This document shows, one piece after another, positions 41,986-50,887 of a stretch of 64,000 bases of DNA. The notes below the pieces were generated by a model. It made no database searches and was not told where the DNA came from. It worked only from the letters and a program-made list of their open reading frames with translations. A program made the translations under genes and the position numbers. This DNA comes from Chitinophagaceae bacterium (GTDB lineage Bacteria > Bacteroidota > Bacteroidia > Chitinophagales > Chitinophagaceae). The DNA lies in the NCBI GenBank assembly GCA_016708765.1, contig JADJFD010000001.1:179626-243625 (forward strand), given 5' to 3'. The number at the start of each line of letters is the position of its first letter. Position 1 is the stretch's first letter.

Positions 41986-44709
41986 ATGAAAAGGCTCATT
42001 TTTAGCACTACACTATTATTATCATTCACTATTTTACTTGCACAAAAAAAAACATTAGACCATTCTGTTTATGATGGCTGGCAAAGCATCGGTGAACGTA
42101 TGATCAGCAATGATGGGAAATGGGTCGTTTATTCCATCAACCCACAAGAAGGCGACAATGAATTGGTGATACAATCATCAGATGCCACTTACAAAAAAGT
42201 GGTGCCAAGAGGTTATAACGCTACAATTACTGAAGACAGTCGCTATGCTATTTTTAAGATTAAACCTTTTTTTGCTGATACTAGAGAAGCAAGAATAAAA
42301 AAGAAAAAGCCTGATGATACGCCAAAAGATTCTTTTGCCATAGTAGAATTGGGTAAAGACAGTGTATGGAAACTACCCAAAGTAAAAAATTATAAAACAC
42401 CTGATAAAGAAGCAGGCTGGGTAGCTTATCATCTGGAGAAAGCAATAGAGAAAAAAGAAACAGCGAAGAAGCCTGAATCATCAGATAAAAAAATTGCGGA
42501 TAGTTTGAGCAGAGTAATTGATTCTTTGTACAATGTAATTGAATCAATGCCGAAGAAAAAGAAAAAAAACAAGGATGATGACGAGGAAATTATTTTTTCT
42601 GAATTATTAATTACCAATTACACTGATGCCGACGGCGATGAAACTCCTACTGGCCCAACTGATGCTGGAACTGATTTAGTTGTTCGAAATCTTTACGATG
42701 GAAAAGAAAAGACATTCAAAAATGTACTGGAATATCAATTTAGCAAGAAAGGGAAGCAATTGCTGATAGAGCAAGCTAAAAATCCAAAAGATAGTTTAAG
42801 TAAAGCTTCTGTGTTTGTATATAATCTAGATAAAGCAGCAACAACTGTTTTAAGCAATGGTGGAAATGAGTTTAAGAACTTTTCTTTTTCGGAAGATGGA
42901 TCACAACTAGCTTATGTGGCAGAAAGAGATGCAAAGCCAAAAGAGTTGCAGAAGTTTTATAAACTATGGTATTATAAAAATGGAATGGATAGTGCAAGGA
43001 TGCTTGTTGATAAGAATTCGGTAGGAATGGAATTAGGTATGACAGTGAGTGAACATGCCAATCTTAGTTTCAGCAAATCAGGCAGCCGATTGTTTTTTGG
43101 AACAGCACCTATTCAAGCTCCAAAGGATACAACTTTAATAGATATTGATCTGGTAAAACTAGATGTGTGGCATTATAATGATGATTATTTACAACCCGTA
43201 CAGTTAAGAAGATTACAAAGAGATTTACAAACAAGCTATCTGGCAGTTTATGATTTCAATGATAATAGTTTGCAGCAATTAGAAACTGAAGAAATTCCTA
43301 CAGTTTATCAAACCAATGAAGGCGATGGTAGTCAATTTGTGGGGGTTACAGATTTTGGCAAACGAATAGAAAGCCAATGGACTGGTACGACTAAAAAAGA
43401 TATTTATGCTATCAATGTAAAAGATGCCAGTAAAAAATTAGTGAAGAAAGATTTGGATGGATTTATTTCACCTCAACTTGTTTCACCAACCGGAAAATAT
43501 ATAATGTGGTACGAGAGCAAAGCGAAAAATTATTTTGCTTGGGATGGAACAATTACAAAAAATATTACAGCTAATATTAAGTTTCCTTTATGGGATGAAG
43601 AACATGATTCGCCGAGTGATCCGCCGCCTTATGGAGTAATGGGTTGGTATAAAAACGATTCATTATTATTTGTTTATGATCAGTATGATATCTGGGAGAT
43701 TAATCCATCTAATTCTTTTAATGTAAAAAATATCACTAATGGAAGGGAAAAGAATGAAGCGTACAGGTATTTAAAAACAGATAATGAAGAAAAGTTTATT
43801 GCATTGCCTCCGGTAAAATGGCTGAAATTTACTAATAAAATTACTAAGAGTGAAGGATTAGCTCATTTAGGAATTACCACCAATAATAAATTAAGAGGAG
43901 TTTTATACAAGCCGGAAGATTTTGATTCCACAAAGAAGTACCCGATGATCATGTATTTCTATGAAACACATTCTAACACTTTGCATGATTATATTGACCC
44001 CACACCAACAGGTAGTCGCTTAAATATTTCCTTCTTTGTAAGCCGTGGGTATGTTGTTTTTTCTCCGGATATACATTACACCACTGGTAAGCAATCAAAA
44101 AATACATACGACTATGTAGTAAGTGCTGCTCAATCGTTGGCAAAGAAAAAATGGATTGATGGTGCTAATATTGGCATACAAGGTCAAAGCTGGGGTGGTA
44201 TACAAGTTGCTCAGTTAATTACAATGACCAATATGTTTAAAGCAGCATGGGCTGGTGCTCCTGTTGCCAACATGACAAGTGCTTACGGCGGAATCCGCTG
44301 GGGAACTGGTGTTACTCGTCAGTTTCAATACGAAAAAACACAAAGCCGGATTGGAGCTACATTATGGGAGCGGCCAGATCTTTATATTGCCAACTCTCCG
44401 TTATTCCATTTGCCAAAAGTAAAAACACCATTAGTAATTATGGCTAACGATGCAGATGGAGCAGTTCCTTGGTATCAGGGCATAGAACTTTTTACCGGAA
44501 TGAGAAGACTTGGTAAAAAAGTTTGGATGCTTACTTATAATGGAGAAGACCATAACCTTGTTCAGCGTATCAATAAAAAAGATATTTCAATAAGAGAACA
44601 ACAATATTTCGATTGGTTATTGAAAGGAGAGAAACCGCCAAAGTGGATAGTAGATGGTATTCCTGCCGTGAAGAAAGGAAAAGATTGGGGGTTGGAACTG
44701 GTTGATTAG
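41986..44709 (+). CDS. S9 prolyl-oligopeptidase-family peptidase
   Basis: Signal peptide, beta-propeller repeats, nucleophile GQSWGG, DADGAVPWYQG (Asp), GEDHNL (His). Confidence 0.92.
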   Translation: MKRLIFSTTLLLSFTILLAQKKTLDHSVYDGWQSIGERMISNDGKWVVYSINPQEGDNELVIQSSDATYKKVVPRGYNATITEDSRYAIFKIKPFFADTREARIKKKKPDDTPKDSFAIVELGKDSVWKLPKVKNYKTPDKEAGWVAYHLEKAIEKKETAKKPESSDKKIADSLSRVIDSLYNVIESMPKKKKKNKDDDEEIIFSELLITNYTDADGDETPTGPTDAGTDLVVRNLYDGKEKTFKNVLEYQFSKKGKQLLIEQAKNPKDSLSKASVFVYNLDKAATTVLSNGGNEFKNFSFSEDGSQLAYVAERDAKPKELQKFYKLWYYKNGMDSARMLVDKNSVGMELGMTVSEHANLSFSKSGSRLFFGTAPIQAPKDTTLIDIDLVKLDVWHYNDDYLQPVQLRRLQRDLQTSYLAVYDFNDNSLQQLETEEIPTVYQTNEGDGSQFVGVTDFGKRIESQWTGTTKKDIYAINVKDASKKLVKKDLDGFISPQLVSPTGKYIMWYESKAKNYFAWDGTITKNITANIKFPLWDEEHDSPSDPPPYGVMGWYKNDSLLFVYDQYDIWEINPSNSFNVKNITNGREKNEAYRYLKTDNEEKFIALPPVKWLKFTNKITKSEGLAHLGITTNNKLRGVLYKPEDFDSTKKYPMIMYFYETHSNTLHDYIDPTPTGSRLNISFFVSRGYVVFSPDIHYTTGKQSKNTYDYVVSAAQSLAKKKWIDGANIGIQGQSWGGIQVAQLITMTNMFKAAWAGAPVANMTSAYGGIRWGTGVTRQFQYEKTQSRIGATLWERPDLYIANSPLFHLPKVKTPLVIMANDADGAVPWYQGIELFTGMRRLGKKVWMLTYNGEDHNLVQRINKKDISIREQQYFDWLLKGEKPPKWIVDGIPAVKKGKDWGLELVD

Positions 44710-44789
44710 TTTATTAGTTAAGTAGTTAATTGGGCGATAAATATTATTTTTTCCCATTTAAACCAATTAACTATTTAACTGATTAACCA
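44702..44789. repeat. Inverted pair of 8-nt tandem arrays between convergent genes
   Basis: ttgattag/tttattag/ttaagtag/ttaattgg facing ccatttaa/ccaattaa/ctatttaa/ctgattaa. Confidence 0.75.
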
Positions 44790-45506
44790 TTAGGCAGCCT
44801 CGCTTATAAATTTCACCAAACTTCTTTTTGCCACCGGCAACAAAGTTTCATCAACTGGAAATTTCAAATCTGTTTCAATACAATATACAGCCGGATTGGG
44901 AAGGTCTTTCCAATGTCGGATCAATTCAGCTTTGATGTTTTCATAAGTGTTTGAAATAGTTCGTTGTCTTTCATCTAGAAATAATGTGCGGATGCTCCTG
45001 TATTTTTCATCATGCTTTTCAAAAATTGAAAGTCTGTAATGATAGACGTGAGTTTGATGATTATCTCCTGCACTTAAAAAGAAATAACCTTCTCTTGTAT
45101 CAAGCGGTATGATACCAACCGGGTTGATACTTATTTTATCTTCTACAAATTCATATATCTCTGTTCCGTTACGGATTGTTTTTTGAATCTTGGCTGCAGA
45201 ATAATGAATAATATCTTCCAACTCCTGCATCATTTCATCATCCTGAATCAACTGCTCATAAAGAACCTGCAGTTTTTCCATTTGCATACCAGTCAGTCTT
45301 TTAGGAAAATTTTCCTGTAAGTGTTTTTTATTTTCCCGGAAGGCGACAATATTATTGTAATGAAATACCATATCGGCCAGTTGCGGATATAGTTTATTTG
45401 CGTCGAAGTGCTTATTCACTTCCTGCAGGTAGGCGAGAAGGGTATATTTTTTTAATTCAAAATCAATACGGCCTTCGGCAAACCAGGTTTCGGATAATGA
45501 TTTCAT
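44790..45506 (-). CDS. Hypothetical protein
   Basis: 238-aa ORF (IDFELKKYTLLAYLQ...LPNPAVY); no motif I can name. Confidence 0.8.
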   Translation of the reverse strand: MKSLSETWFAEGRIDFELKKYTLLAYLQEVNKHFDANKLYPQLADMVFHYNNIVAFRENKKHLQENFPKRLTGMQMEKLQVLYEQLIQDDEMMQELEDIIHYSAAKIQKTIRNGTEIYEFVEDKISINPVGIIPLDTREGYFFLSAGDNHQTHVYHYRLSIFEKHDEKYRSIRTLFLDERQRTISNTYENIKAELIRHWKDLPNPAVYCIETDLKFPVDETLLPVAKRSLVKFISEAA

Positions 45507-45593
45507 AGTGTTTCAAATTTTGTTTAAGTAATTTACTAAAAAGACGGAATAATAAGAAAGGAAGTTTAATTTTAATTTGTTAAAACAATCCAC

Positions 45594-46112
45594 ATGCGGT
45601 TAATAATTTTATTGCTTTCTGTCGTTCTTTTTTCCTGTAGTAATACAATCTATGTAGTTCGCCATGCAGAAAAAGCATCAGGTATTGATATGGCTTCTAT
45701 GAAACCATCCACCAATCCGCCATTGACCATTGAAGGGGAAGAAAGGGCATTGGCATTAAAACAAATTTTAGGAAGTAAAAATGTAAAGCATATTTTTTCT
45801 ACCAATACATTACGTACCACTTCTACAGCAAAACCTTTGAAAGAGTTATACCTTGGAATGCCGATTCAGATTTACAGTAGCAGACCAGATTCAATGGATG
45901 CTTTTATCCAAAAGATAAAAACAATTAAAAAAGGGGATGTATTAATTGTCGGCCACTCAAATACTATTGATGACCTGGCTAATAAATTAGTAGGAACTAA
46001 AGTAGTACCGGGAGATTTAAATGAATCGATATACGACAACCTTTTTATCCTGAAGCGGAAAGGAGATAAATATATTTTTACAAATGGTAAATACGGAAAG
46101 CCTTCTCAATAA
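45594..46112 (+). CDS. Histidine phosphatase (phosphoglycerate mutase/SixA-like) lipoprotein
   Basis: Lipobox FSC; IYVVRHAEK, RT..TA, VLIVGHSNT. Confidence 0.85.
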   Translation: MRLIILLLSVVLFSCSNTIYVVRHAEKASGIDMASMKPSTNPPLTIEGEERALALKQILGSKNVKHIFSTNTLRTTSTAKPLKELYLGMPIQIYSSRPDSMDAFIQKIKTIKKGDVLIVGHSNTIDDLANKLVGTKVVPGDLNESIYDNLFILKRKGDKYIFTNGKYGKPSQ

Positions 46113-46130
46113 ATAAGATAACTATTTTTG

Positions 46131-46191
46131 CCGGGAAGGCGGAAAGATAATAAGGAAGTTATTAAAACTTACCGTCTTACATTCTTACCGG
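46131..46191. repeat. Inverted pair of 8-nt tandem arrays between convergent genes
   Basis: ccgggaag/gcggaaag/ataataag facing cttaccgt/cttacatt/cttaccgg. Confidence 0.55.
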
Positions 46192-47538
46192 CTAATACTC
46201 TCTATCTCCATCAAAGTTTTCCATCTCTTTTGCTACAGCAGTTAAAAATGTAGCACCCAAACTTCCATCCACAATACGATGGTCATAGCTCATACTTAAA
46301 TACATCATATGACGTATGGCGATGCTATCGCCAGATGGAGACTCAATTACTACAGGCCTTTTCTTAATAGCACCAACAGCAAGAATAGCAACCTGTGGTT
46401 GATTGATTATCGGTGTTCCCATCAAGCTGCCAAAAGTTCCAACATTTGTCATGGTAAAAGTGCCGCCAGTTGTATCATCAACTTTCAACTTTCCGTTTCT
46501 TGCAGCATCTGCCAAACCGTTTACTTGTTTCGCTAAACCAACTAAATTTAATTGATCAGCATTTTTAATTACAGGTACGATCAAATTGCCACTTGGCAAT
46601 GCTGTAGCCATTCCGATATTAATATCTTTCTTTATAATTATATTGTTCCCATCTAACGAACAATTAATCAGCGGGAATTTCTTAATGCAACGTACAACAG
46701 CTTCTATAAACAATGGGGTGAAAGTGATTTTAGTTCCTTCTCTTTTTTCAAAATCTTTCTTCACTTTATTTCGCCACATCACCATATTTGTTACATCAGC
46801 TTCGGTAAAGCTGGTTACATGCGGACTTGTATGCTTACTACGAACCATATGGTCTGCAATCAGCTTCCGCATTCTGTCCATTTCAATAATCTCTACATTG
46901 CCAGAGTAAGTTGTGAGCTGTGAGTTGTGAGCTGCGAGTTTTGGAGATTCATTTGTAACTGATACATTTTCCCTGCTCGAAACTCGTAGCTCATTGCTCG
47001 AAGCTTTCCCCGACTTTCTCTCACTCACAAATTGCAAAATATCTTTCTTTGTCACCCTTCCTTCATTACCAGTACCCGGAATATTTTCCAAGTCAACCAT
47101 ACTAACACCTTCGCTTGCAGCAATATTTAATACCAACGGAGAGTAAAAGCGATTTGTTGCACCATTTGTTGGTTGTGCTTGCGCAGCAGCAGGCCTTTTA
47201 ATTGTTTCCACCACTTCTGCCACCTGATCTGGTTGCGATGAGACAACTTCCTGCATCGGTGCAGATACAACTGTTTTAGGCGCTGAAGTTTCCGCAGCAC
47301 CCGTTTTTATTCTGGCAATTACAGTACCAATGGGCACTACATCATTTACATTAAATAGAATTTCTTCAATCACACCAGCGGCAGTGCTCGGCACTTCGCT
47401 ATCCACTTTATCAGTGGCAATTTCCAACACTGTTTCATCCATTTCCACAGTATCTCCCGGCTGCTTCATCCATTTCAAAATGGTAGCTTCCATTATACTT
47501 TCACCCAGTTTCGGCATTATTAAATCAACAACAGCCAT
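46192..47538 (-). CDS. 2-oxo-acid dehydrogenase E2 (dihydrolipoamide acyltransferase)
   Basis: Lipoyl motif EIATDKVDSEVPS, E3-binding GTGNEGRVTKKD, catalytic SYDHRIVDG. Confidence 0.95.
   Translation of the reverse strand: MAVVDLIMPKLGESIMEATILKWMKQPGDTVEMDETVLEIATDKVDSEVPSTAAGVIEEILFNVNDVVPIGTVIARIKTGAAETSAPKTVVSAPMQEVVSSQPDQVAEVVETIKRPAAAQAQPTNGATNRFYSPLVLNIAASEGVSMVDLENIPGTGNEGRVTKKDILQFVSERKSGKASSNELRVSSRENVSVTNESPKLAAHNSQLTTYSGNVEIIEMDRMRKLIADHMVRSKHTSPHVTSFTEADVTNMVMWRNKVKKDFEKREGTKITFTPLFIEAVVRCIKKFPLINCSLDGNNIIIKKDINIGMATALPSGNLIVPVIKNADQLNLVGLAKQVNGLADAARNGKLKVDDTTGGTFTMTNVGTFGSLMGTPIINQPQVAILAVGAIKKRPVVIESPSGDSIAIRHMMYLSMSYDHRIVDGSLGATFLTAVAKEMENFDGDREY
46906..47005. repeat. Inverted heptamer arrays inside the E2 linker
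   Basis: gtaagtt/gtgagct/gtgagtt/gtgagct/gcgagtt (46906-46940) facing tgctcga/aactcgt/agctcat/tgctcga (46974-47001). Confidence 0.8.
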
Positions 47539-47544
47539 AATATT

Positions 47545-47572
47545 ATTTAAGATTTTAGATTTAAGATTGCAG
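47545..47572. repeat. Heptamer tandem array upstream of the E2 gene
   Basis: atttaag/attttag/atttaag/attgcag. Confidence 0.6.
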
Positions 47573-47686
47573 TTTTACTTTTTAAGTAATATTTCCAATT
47601 TTGGAATACTGTGCGTTTGAATTTGGGCAGTAGCAATCGGCTCAAAGGTAAAGTTTTCCAGCTAATCAATTTTAATCCGAATTTTC

Positions 47687-49351
47687 CTAGTTCTTTAGTA
47701 TAAATTTCCGTAGAAAGTTTAATGCGTTGGCGGCTGTCATCTCAATATTCCGTTGCCTGTCAAAGCGAAGATGTAAAACAGTTGTTTCCACTTTATTCTT
47801 ATCAGCTACAGCGATCCAAACGGTTCCAACTGGTTTATCTTCAGTTCCTCCTTCCGGCCCCATAATACCTGAAACAGCAACAACATAATCTACATTCAAA
47901 GTTTTTATGGCACCTTTTGCCATTTCAGTAACCGTTTCTTCACTAACGGCACCGGTTTTTTCCAATGTTTCTTTTTTTACACCAAGAATATTTTCTTTTG
48001 TTTCATATGAGTAGCTCACTACTGAGCCATTATAGTATATTGATGAACCAGGAATTGCTGTGATCAGATGAGCAATATAACCACCAGTACAACTTTCAGC
48101 GGTTCCCATAGTCTTGCCTTTTGCTTTCTTCATCATCTTTTCAAAAAGAGGCAGCAATTCTTTTTCAACTTCTTCCTTATTATTACCTGTTGTTGTCAAT
48201 CTTAGTTTTACCATACCATAATTTGGCAAGTATGCAAGTTTAATATGCGATGGTAGAGAAGGTTCAAATTCTTTCAGCATTTCTGCCAACATAGATTCGC
48301 CAATACCGGCAGTGAAAGCAGTTTTATGAACGATGGCAGGCAAATCATATTCCTTAAGAATAAATGGAATTACTTCATCCATCATTAATCCTTTCATTTC
48401 GTGGGGAACGCCGGGTAGGGAAATAAATACAGGCCCAGCCTCCCCAAACCCCTCCGCAGGAGGGGCTTCAGAGTCTGATATTTCAGGCTTTTCTTTTTTT
48501 AATTCGAGAAGGATAGTGTTTATTGTATAATCGGTTTCAGATAATACCTGTTTGTTGGTGAAACGAATGACATTAAAGCCAAGCATGTTTAATTCTTTCG
48601 TTCGTTCGTCATCACTTTTTTTATTTTCCGGGAGCTGATGATGCAGTCCATCAACTTCAATAATTAGTTTTTCTGAAAGAGAAACAAAATCAGCAATATA
48701 AGTTGAAATAATATGTTGTCTTCTAAACTTAAAACCAGCCATTTTTTTTCCTTTCACAATTTCCCATAATAGCTTTTCAGCATCAGTAGACTTACTTCGA
48801 TGCTCCTTTACAAAATCTTTTAGCAAGCCATATACAAATGGATCTGCTCTTAAGTAAGCTTTAGTGTTAAATGCACTTTCGGATTCCAAATCCCCCCTGC
48901 GGGGGGTGGGGGGGCTGAACAACATCCCCGGTGCCGTACCTCTTTTATTATGTAAAACTGTACACACATCCGGTACTTCAGCCTGCTTCATATTTCTTTC
49001 CAGCATTGGACCGCTACGACGAAATACGTTTTCAAATAAATATTTTACATGAGCCAGCACTTTCTCATTCACTATCATCTTACCGCCAAAATATTTGCAA
49101 AGAAGTGGTTTGGTAATATCATCTGCCGTAGGGCCTAATCCACCAGTAATAATAATGATGTCTGAGTTTTCTCCTTCTTCATCCAATGCCTGCCATATAT
49201 CATCATACACATCACCCACAGCAACTCTTCTTCTTACCCACACACCAATTTTATTGAGTTCCTGTGCAATAAAAGCAGAGTTGGTGTCAATTGTTTGGCC
49301 AATCAATAATTCATCACCAATGGTGATGATAGAAGCATTAACATTATTCAT
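47687..49351 (-). CDS. cinA: CinA-family protein (MoCF/COG1058 domain + PncC domain) with in-frame DUF559 insertion
   Basis: ITIGDELLIGQTIDTN, ITGGLGPTADDIT, GTAPGM, SLPGVPHEM, TAESCTGG, AVSGIMGPEGG, VGTVWIA. Confidence 0.93.
   Translation of the reverse strand: MNNVNASIITIGDELLIGQTIDTNSAFIAQELNKIGVWVRRRVAVGDVYDDIWQALDEEGENSDIIIITGGLGPTADDITKPLLCKYFGGKMIVNEKVLAHVKYLFENVFRRSGPMLERNMKQAEVPDVCTVLHNKRGTAPGMLFSPPTPRRGDLESESAFNTKAYLRADPFVYGLLKDFVKEHRSKSTDAEKLLWEIVKGKKMAGFKFRRQHIISTYIADFVSLSEKLIIEVDGLHHQLPENKKSDDERTKELNMLGFNVIRFTNKQVLSETDYTINTILLELKKEKPEISDSEAPPAEGFGEAGPVFISLPGVPHEMKGLMMDEVIPFILKEYDLPAIVHKTAFTAGIGESMLAEMLKEFEPSLPSHIKLAYLPNYGMVKLRLTTTGNNKEEVEKELLPLFEKMMKKAKGKTMGTAESCTGGYIAHLITAIPGSSIYYNGSVVSYSYETKENILGVKKETLEKTGAVSEETVTEMAKGAIKTLNVDYVVAVSGIMGPEGGTEDKPVGTVWIAVADKNKVETTVLHLRFDRQRNIEMTAANALNFLRKFILKN
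48431..48916 (-). mobile_element. 162-codon in-frame insertion: DUF559/Vsr-like endonuclease domain bounded by inverted GC-rich hairpin repeats
   Basis: STDAEKLLW, FRRQHII..YIADF, LIIEVDGLHH, DDERTKEL...GFNVIRFTN. Left end cagcctccccaaacccctcc-gca-ggagggg; right end cccccc-tgc-ggggggtgggggggctg. Confidence 0.85.
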
Positions 49352-49379
49352 AGATCAAAATTCGGAGCAAAGGTAAGAG

Positions 49380-50792
49380 TTGGTTAAATTTGACAGATTA
49401 ATGTTTAAGTCTATGAAGAAAATAATTCTTGTTTTTTGTACGGTATTTTTCGTTTCAGTTTCTTTTAGTCAGTCAGTTTCTCAAAACCTACAAAAAGCCT
49501 GGCAACAGTTTGAAAGCGACAGCCAGTTAAAACATGCCATCAGTTCCTTGTATGTTATTGATGCTAAAACAGGTGAGGTTGTGTTTGATAAAAACTCTCA
49601 GATTGGTTTGGCGCCGGCATCTACTCAGAAAATTATTACTGCCGCTACTGCTTTTGAGTTGTTGGGGAAAGATTATAGGTATAAAACGGAACTGGGAATA
49701 CTGAAAGGGGAAAAAGAAAACTCTGTGTACTTGAAACCTTCTGGGGATCCTACATTTGGTAGTTGGAGATGGAATTCAACAAAAGAACAATTCATACTTG
49801 ATGGGATAATTAAGACCTATAAACCTGTTATTGAAAGTACTAATTCGACAGTTTATGTAAATCAAAAAGGATGGGATAGGCAAAACATTCCAGACGGTTG
49901 GATTTGGCAGGATATTGGAAATTATTATGGAGCAGGCGCAGGTTTAATCAACTGGAGAGAAAACCAATATGACTTGATTCTAAAATCAGGTTCCAAAATT
50001 GGAGATAATGTGGAAGTGGTTAAAACAATTCCTGATTTATATTCTTATGAAATCAATTCATATGCTACTTCTGCTAAAGCTGGCTCTGGGGATAATGCCT
50101 ATATATATCTTCCTGCTTCAGAAAATGGCGGAGTTGTAAGAGGAACTATTCCTGTAAATGAAAATAAGTTTGAGATTTCTGGAGCTATGCCTTATCCAGC
50201 TAATCAATTTGTTGAGACACTTCGGGATACATTGTTTGGGAGAGATAAACCCTATAATCACATAGCTACACTGTTTAGCGATGAGTTTAAAAGTAAGCCA
50301 GAGATTTTGTACACCCACTATTCTCCATCCCTCGACTCCATCACTTATTGGTTCCTCAAAAAAAGCATTAACCTCTACGGCGAAGCATTACTAAAAACAT
50401 TTGCTTACGAAAAAAACGGTTTTGGCAGTACCGATGGCGGCGTAAAAATTGTAAAAGACTTTTGGAAACAAAAAGGTATTGATGAGGATGAATTAAACAT
50501 CAGCGATGGTTCTGGTTTATCGCCACAAAATAGAACAACGACTCATGCACAGGTGGAGGTTTTAAAATATGCAAAGGGAAAAGACTGGTACCCGTATTAT
50601 CTCAAAGGGTTCCCTGATTACAATGGCATGAAAATGAAAAGCGGTACTATAAAAGATGTAAAAGGCTTTTGCGGTTATCACAAAGCAAAAGATGGCAAAG
50701 AGTATATCTTTTCTTTTTTGGTAAATAATTACAATGGCAAAACTTCTGGAGTGGTAAGTAAGATGTATAAGGTGCTGGATGAGTTGAAGTGA
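49380..50792 (+). CDS. dacB: D-alanyl-D-alanine carboxypeptidase/endopeptidase PBP4 (S13)
   Basis: PASTQK (SxxK), SGDPTFG, SINLY (SxN), DGSGLS, MKSG. Confidence 0.92.
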   Translation: MVKFDRLMFKSMKKIILVFCTVFFVSVSFSQSVSQNLQKAWQQFESDSQLKHAISSLYVIDAKTGEVVFDKNSQIGLAPASTQKIITAATAFELLGKDYRYKTELGILKGEKENSVYLKPSGDPTFGSWRWNSTKEQFILDGIIKTYKPVIESTNSTVYVNQKGWDRQNIPDGWIWQDIGNYYGAGAGLINWRENQYDLILKSGSKIGDNVEVVKTIPDLYSYEINSYATSAKAGSGDNAYIYLPASENGGVVRGTIPVNENKFEISGAMPYPANQFVETLRDTLFGRDKPYNHIATLFSDEFKSKPEILYTHYSPSLDSITYWFLKKSINLYGEALLKTFAYEKNGFGSTDGGVKIVKDFWKQKGIDEDELNISDGSGLSPQNRTTTHAQVEVLKYAKGKDWYPYYLKGFPDYNGMKMKSGTIKDVKGFCGYHKAKDGKEYIFSFLVNNYNGKTSGVVSKMYKVLDELK

Positions 50793-50816
50793 ATGGTCAA
50801 TAGGCAATAGTGAACG
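50789..50816. repeat. Heptamer tandem array at the dacB stop
   Basis: gtgaatg/gtcaata/ggcaata/gtgaacg. Confidence 0.6.
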
Positions 50817-50887
50817 GGAAGCAGAATTCCCTTACTTTCAAGGTCGCAATTGCAAACAATAAGTTTTCAAACCACAAACTAATTATT

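Noticed and set aside
48431-48916. Intein or self-splicing intron as the explanation for the cinA insert
   Set aside because: There is no C-terminal His-Asn followed by Cys/Ser/Thr and no recognisable splicing blocks. The frame is continuous, and there is too little non-coding sequence for a group I/II intron core.
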